From the NCBI GenBank assembly GCA_963820825.1, contig CAWGBN010000008.1:320001-384000 (forward strand): 64,000 bases of DNA. Direction: 5' to 3'. Each line of letters starts with the position of its first letter. Position 1 is the first letter of the stretch. The position numbers and the translations under genes are program-made. The notes under the pieces are model-generated. The model saw only the letters and a list, made by a program, of their open reading frames with translations, searched no databases and was not told the DNA's origin. Shown here one piece after another: positions 61,717-64,000 of this stretch. The DNA comes from Vulcanimicrobiota bacterium (GTDB lineage: Bacteria > Vulcanimicrobiota > Vulcanimicrobiia > Vulcanimicrobiales > Vulcanimicrobiaceae).

Positions 61717-62214
61717 ATGGCCAAATCACGGGTGTTCCTGGGCATCGACCAACTGTTCTACCACCAGGACGCGTATCGACGCGCCCTCGATGCGATCGGC
61801 TTCAAGCGCCGACATCCCAAAATGTCGTTCACGAAAGCTGCGAAGCTGAGCGGCACCACGATCAAGACGGTTCGCAAGTACGCCGGATCGGCAATGGAGG
61901 TCCGATCCGGACGGATCGACGTAACGCGAACAGATGCGCTCAAGCGCCGGATGCGCATGCTCACGCCCCAGGGTGAGATCGCGGTCCCGACGACGAGCTC
62001 GCAGACTGCCTCGCGGATCAGCCGGTACAACAACGCGGTGCGCGAGTTTTACGCCACCGGCAAGACGGCGGCGCTCAAGCCATTCGTTGGTAAGTCAGTG
62101 CGTTCGGGTGGAAAGCGGTACGAGTTCGTCACGAATCCCGCCACGCTCAACCGGCTTGGCCGCGCTGGCAGCGTACACTTCTCGGAGATCTATGCTCCTG
62201 AGTCCGAATCATGA
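61717..62214 (+). CDS. Basic HTH-containing hypothetical protein
   Basis: AAAGGAGG RBS; SFTKAAKLSGTTIKTVRKYA helix-turn-helix pattern; ATGA overlap with the next gene. Confidence 0.75.
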   Translation: MAKSRVFLGIDQLFYHQDAYRRALDAIGFKRRHPKMSFTKAAKLSGTTIKTVRKYAGSAMEVRSGRIDVTRTDALKRRMRMLTPQGEIAVPTTSSQTASRISRYNNAVREFYATGKTAALKPFVGKSVRSGGKRYEFVTNPATLNRLGRAGSVHFSEIYAPESES

Positions 62215-62853
62215 GGCCCGTCTATCAGGAGCCAAACGACGGCAACGACACCAAGAAGCTGCTGCGCTTGGGCACCGATCGGCCGCGCTGTGCGAGCTGC
62301 CGGACCGACGACTTCCGGCAGCTCTGCTCCGTGCACGACGCTCGGGGCCGCAGACGGATCTTATGCCGGAACTGCCGCGCCAAGCACAAGCGCCTCTCAG
62401 CAGCAGCTGCAGCACGCAAACGGCGGCAGTTTGCAGCTGACGGCTACGAGCAGCCTGCATGCGTGGTGTGCGGGGAGCCAGCGCTGCAGCTGCTTGAGCG
62501 CGATCACCTCACGGGAGCTGCCAATAGCGGTAGCACGGAGCCTTTGTGCGCTAATCATCACGCGATCAAGTCGTACATGGCCGAGCACGGGCTGATGGCA
62601 GCTCTGCGGCTGCGTGATCCGGAGCGATCGGCCTTGCTTTTGCAGGCAGCATTCGAGTTCGGCCTTGGTGCGATGCTCGGGATGTTCGCAGTTGGGACGG
62701 CGCGCACGGAGAGACGGCACGCTGCATCTTCTTGGGTCGCCTCCGTGCTGCTCTTTGCATGGGCTGCGTGGAACGTTTCGGCGGACTGCGTACTTCGAGG
62801 GTGTACTGGGACCGGGCTACGATCGCGCGATCGGGGCGGCGGTGCCGCGATGA
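62211..62853 (+). CDS. Zinc-finger/HNH-like protein with hydrophobic C-terminus (frameshifted)
   Basis: CASC, CRNC, CVVC...RDHLTG...LCANHH. The likely true end YFEGVLGPGYDRAIGAAVPR* at 62853 overlaps the polB ATG. Confidence 0.65.
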
Positions 62854-64000
62854 TCCGGCGCGAGGCTCCGCGGGCGCGAAGGCGTCCCAACGGGCTCCGA
62901 AGGGCGCGGCCGCAAGCCTCAGCACCGTCCGAACTCGTCGCAATGGCGGCTCAGCCCCCTATCAGCAGGCGCAGGACGGGCATTCTCGCCGTCGATACGG
63001 CGATTCGGGCGTGGGTCGAACCGCACAAGGCGCACAGCGCGTCAACGGTAAGCCGAAGACCGTTGCGTGGCGTCCGCAGCCCTACGGCGATCGCGTTCTG
63101 GTCTTCGACACGGAAACCACGACCGACGCGGCGCAGCGGCTCCTCTTCGGGTTCTTTCGCCTCTACGAGCGTCGATCGGCTGATCGAGGAAGGCCTCATC
63201 GTCACCGACCTGCTCGATTACGAGCAGATGATGACGCTCGACCGAATACGCGGCGACAATGCCACTTGCCGATCTACAGCCGCGAGCGCTTCGTGGAAGA
63301 AGTGTTCTACCCGGAGGTTTACGAGCGACGGCACCCTCTGCGTGGGCTTCAACCTGCCGTTCGATCTCACGCGGATCGCCGTTCACGCGGGAATCGGCCG
63401 TGGCGAAAATCGCCGCAAGTTCCGCCTGGTCACTTTCGAGGCGCATTCGCTGGCACGATTTACGCATTGAATCCGCCTCGGGCCGTGCAGCCTTTATCGG
63501 GTTCATCCCCAAGCGCAAGCTCTTCGCGTGGGAGAAGCCGTTCTTCGCCGGGCGCTTCTGCGATCTCAGCACGCGTCGCAGTGCGTTCACCGGCAAGCGT
63601 CATACGCTCAAAAGCGCGGGCAATGCATTTACGGACCTAGCACGCGCAAGATGACGTGCGCCGGAGCTCGGCGTGATCGACCGGCGCTCCTGCTCTACGG
63701 GCGGCAGGACGTCCGTGCAACCTGGGCACTGTACAAGGCGCTACGTGCAGTGAGTACGAGCGACACCCCTTCGCTACGTTCGCGAACGAGCGCAGCAAAC
63801 CCAAGCACGGGCACGTTACATGGGGCGAGCTGTATTCCAGCGCGAGCATTGCCAAGCAATATCTGCGCCTGCTCGGGATTACGCCGCTGCTACATAAGCG
63901 CCCGGCACTTCTCGCGCAAGCTCTGGGCAACGCGATCGCCGCGTACTTCGGCGGCCGGGCCGACGTGCGCGTACGCAAGACGGACGTGCCGGTGCGCGTG
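62850..64000 (+). CDS. polB: Family B DNA polymerase, protein-primed type, N-terminal part; frameshifted, runs off window
   Basis: Across frames: ExoI VFDTETT, ExoII GFNLPFDL, ExoIII YGRQDV, and YFGGR preceding the expected motif A. Confidence 0.8.

Larger units (their letters stand above)
54841..64000. mobile_element. Casposon-like element with repeat-delimited cargo cassettes (right end outside window)
   Basis: Solo cas1, PolB, HNH-like and HTH genes; no other cas genes; AT-richer defence-type cargo; three 31-bp direct repeats. Left boundary uncertain. Confidence 0.75.

Overview
High-GC bacterial DNA. The lipoprotein families resemble those of Eremiobacterota/Vulcanimicrobiota, but that is inference. 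Bases 1-54.4 kb are dominated by secreted lipoprotein expansions: 23 phosphoesterase/phospholipase C (AcpA/PlcH-type) paralogs in tandem arrays, four sedolisin-like (S53) peptidases and several beta-propeller-like lipoproteins. Also present are tRNA-Val(TAC), an Flp pilin, M28 and S41 peptidases, Sua5/TsaC, and a type III PKS plus sulfotransferase pair. From about 54.8 kb to the window end lies a mobile region. It carries a stand-alone Cas1 with a C-terminal zinc finger, an HNH-like gene and a family B DNA polymerase, which together match a casposon-like element that runs off the right edge. Left of cas1 are three near-identical 31-bp direct repeats (GATAnTACATAAGGGCCTTCAAACGTCCkGT) with an 11-6-11 dif/Xer-like layout. 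Each sits just downstream of a co-oriented cargo gene (DUF4268-type nuclease, NHL-repeat lipoprotein, PIN/HEPN/AbiU2-like fusion). This repeat-delimited gene-cassette array beside a casposase is the most notable feature. Many frameshifts, concentrated in the mobile region, may be sequencing indels or real decay.
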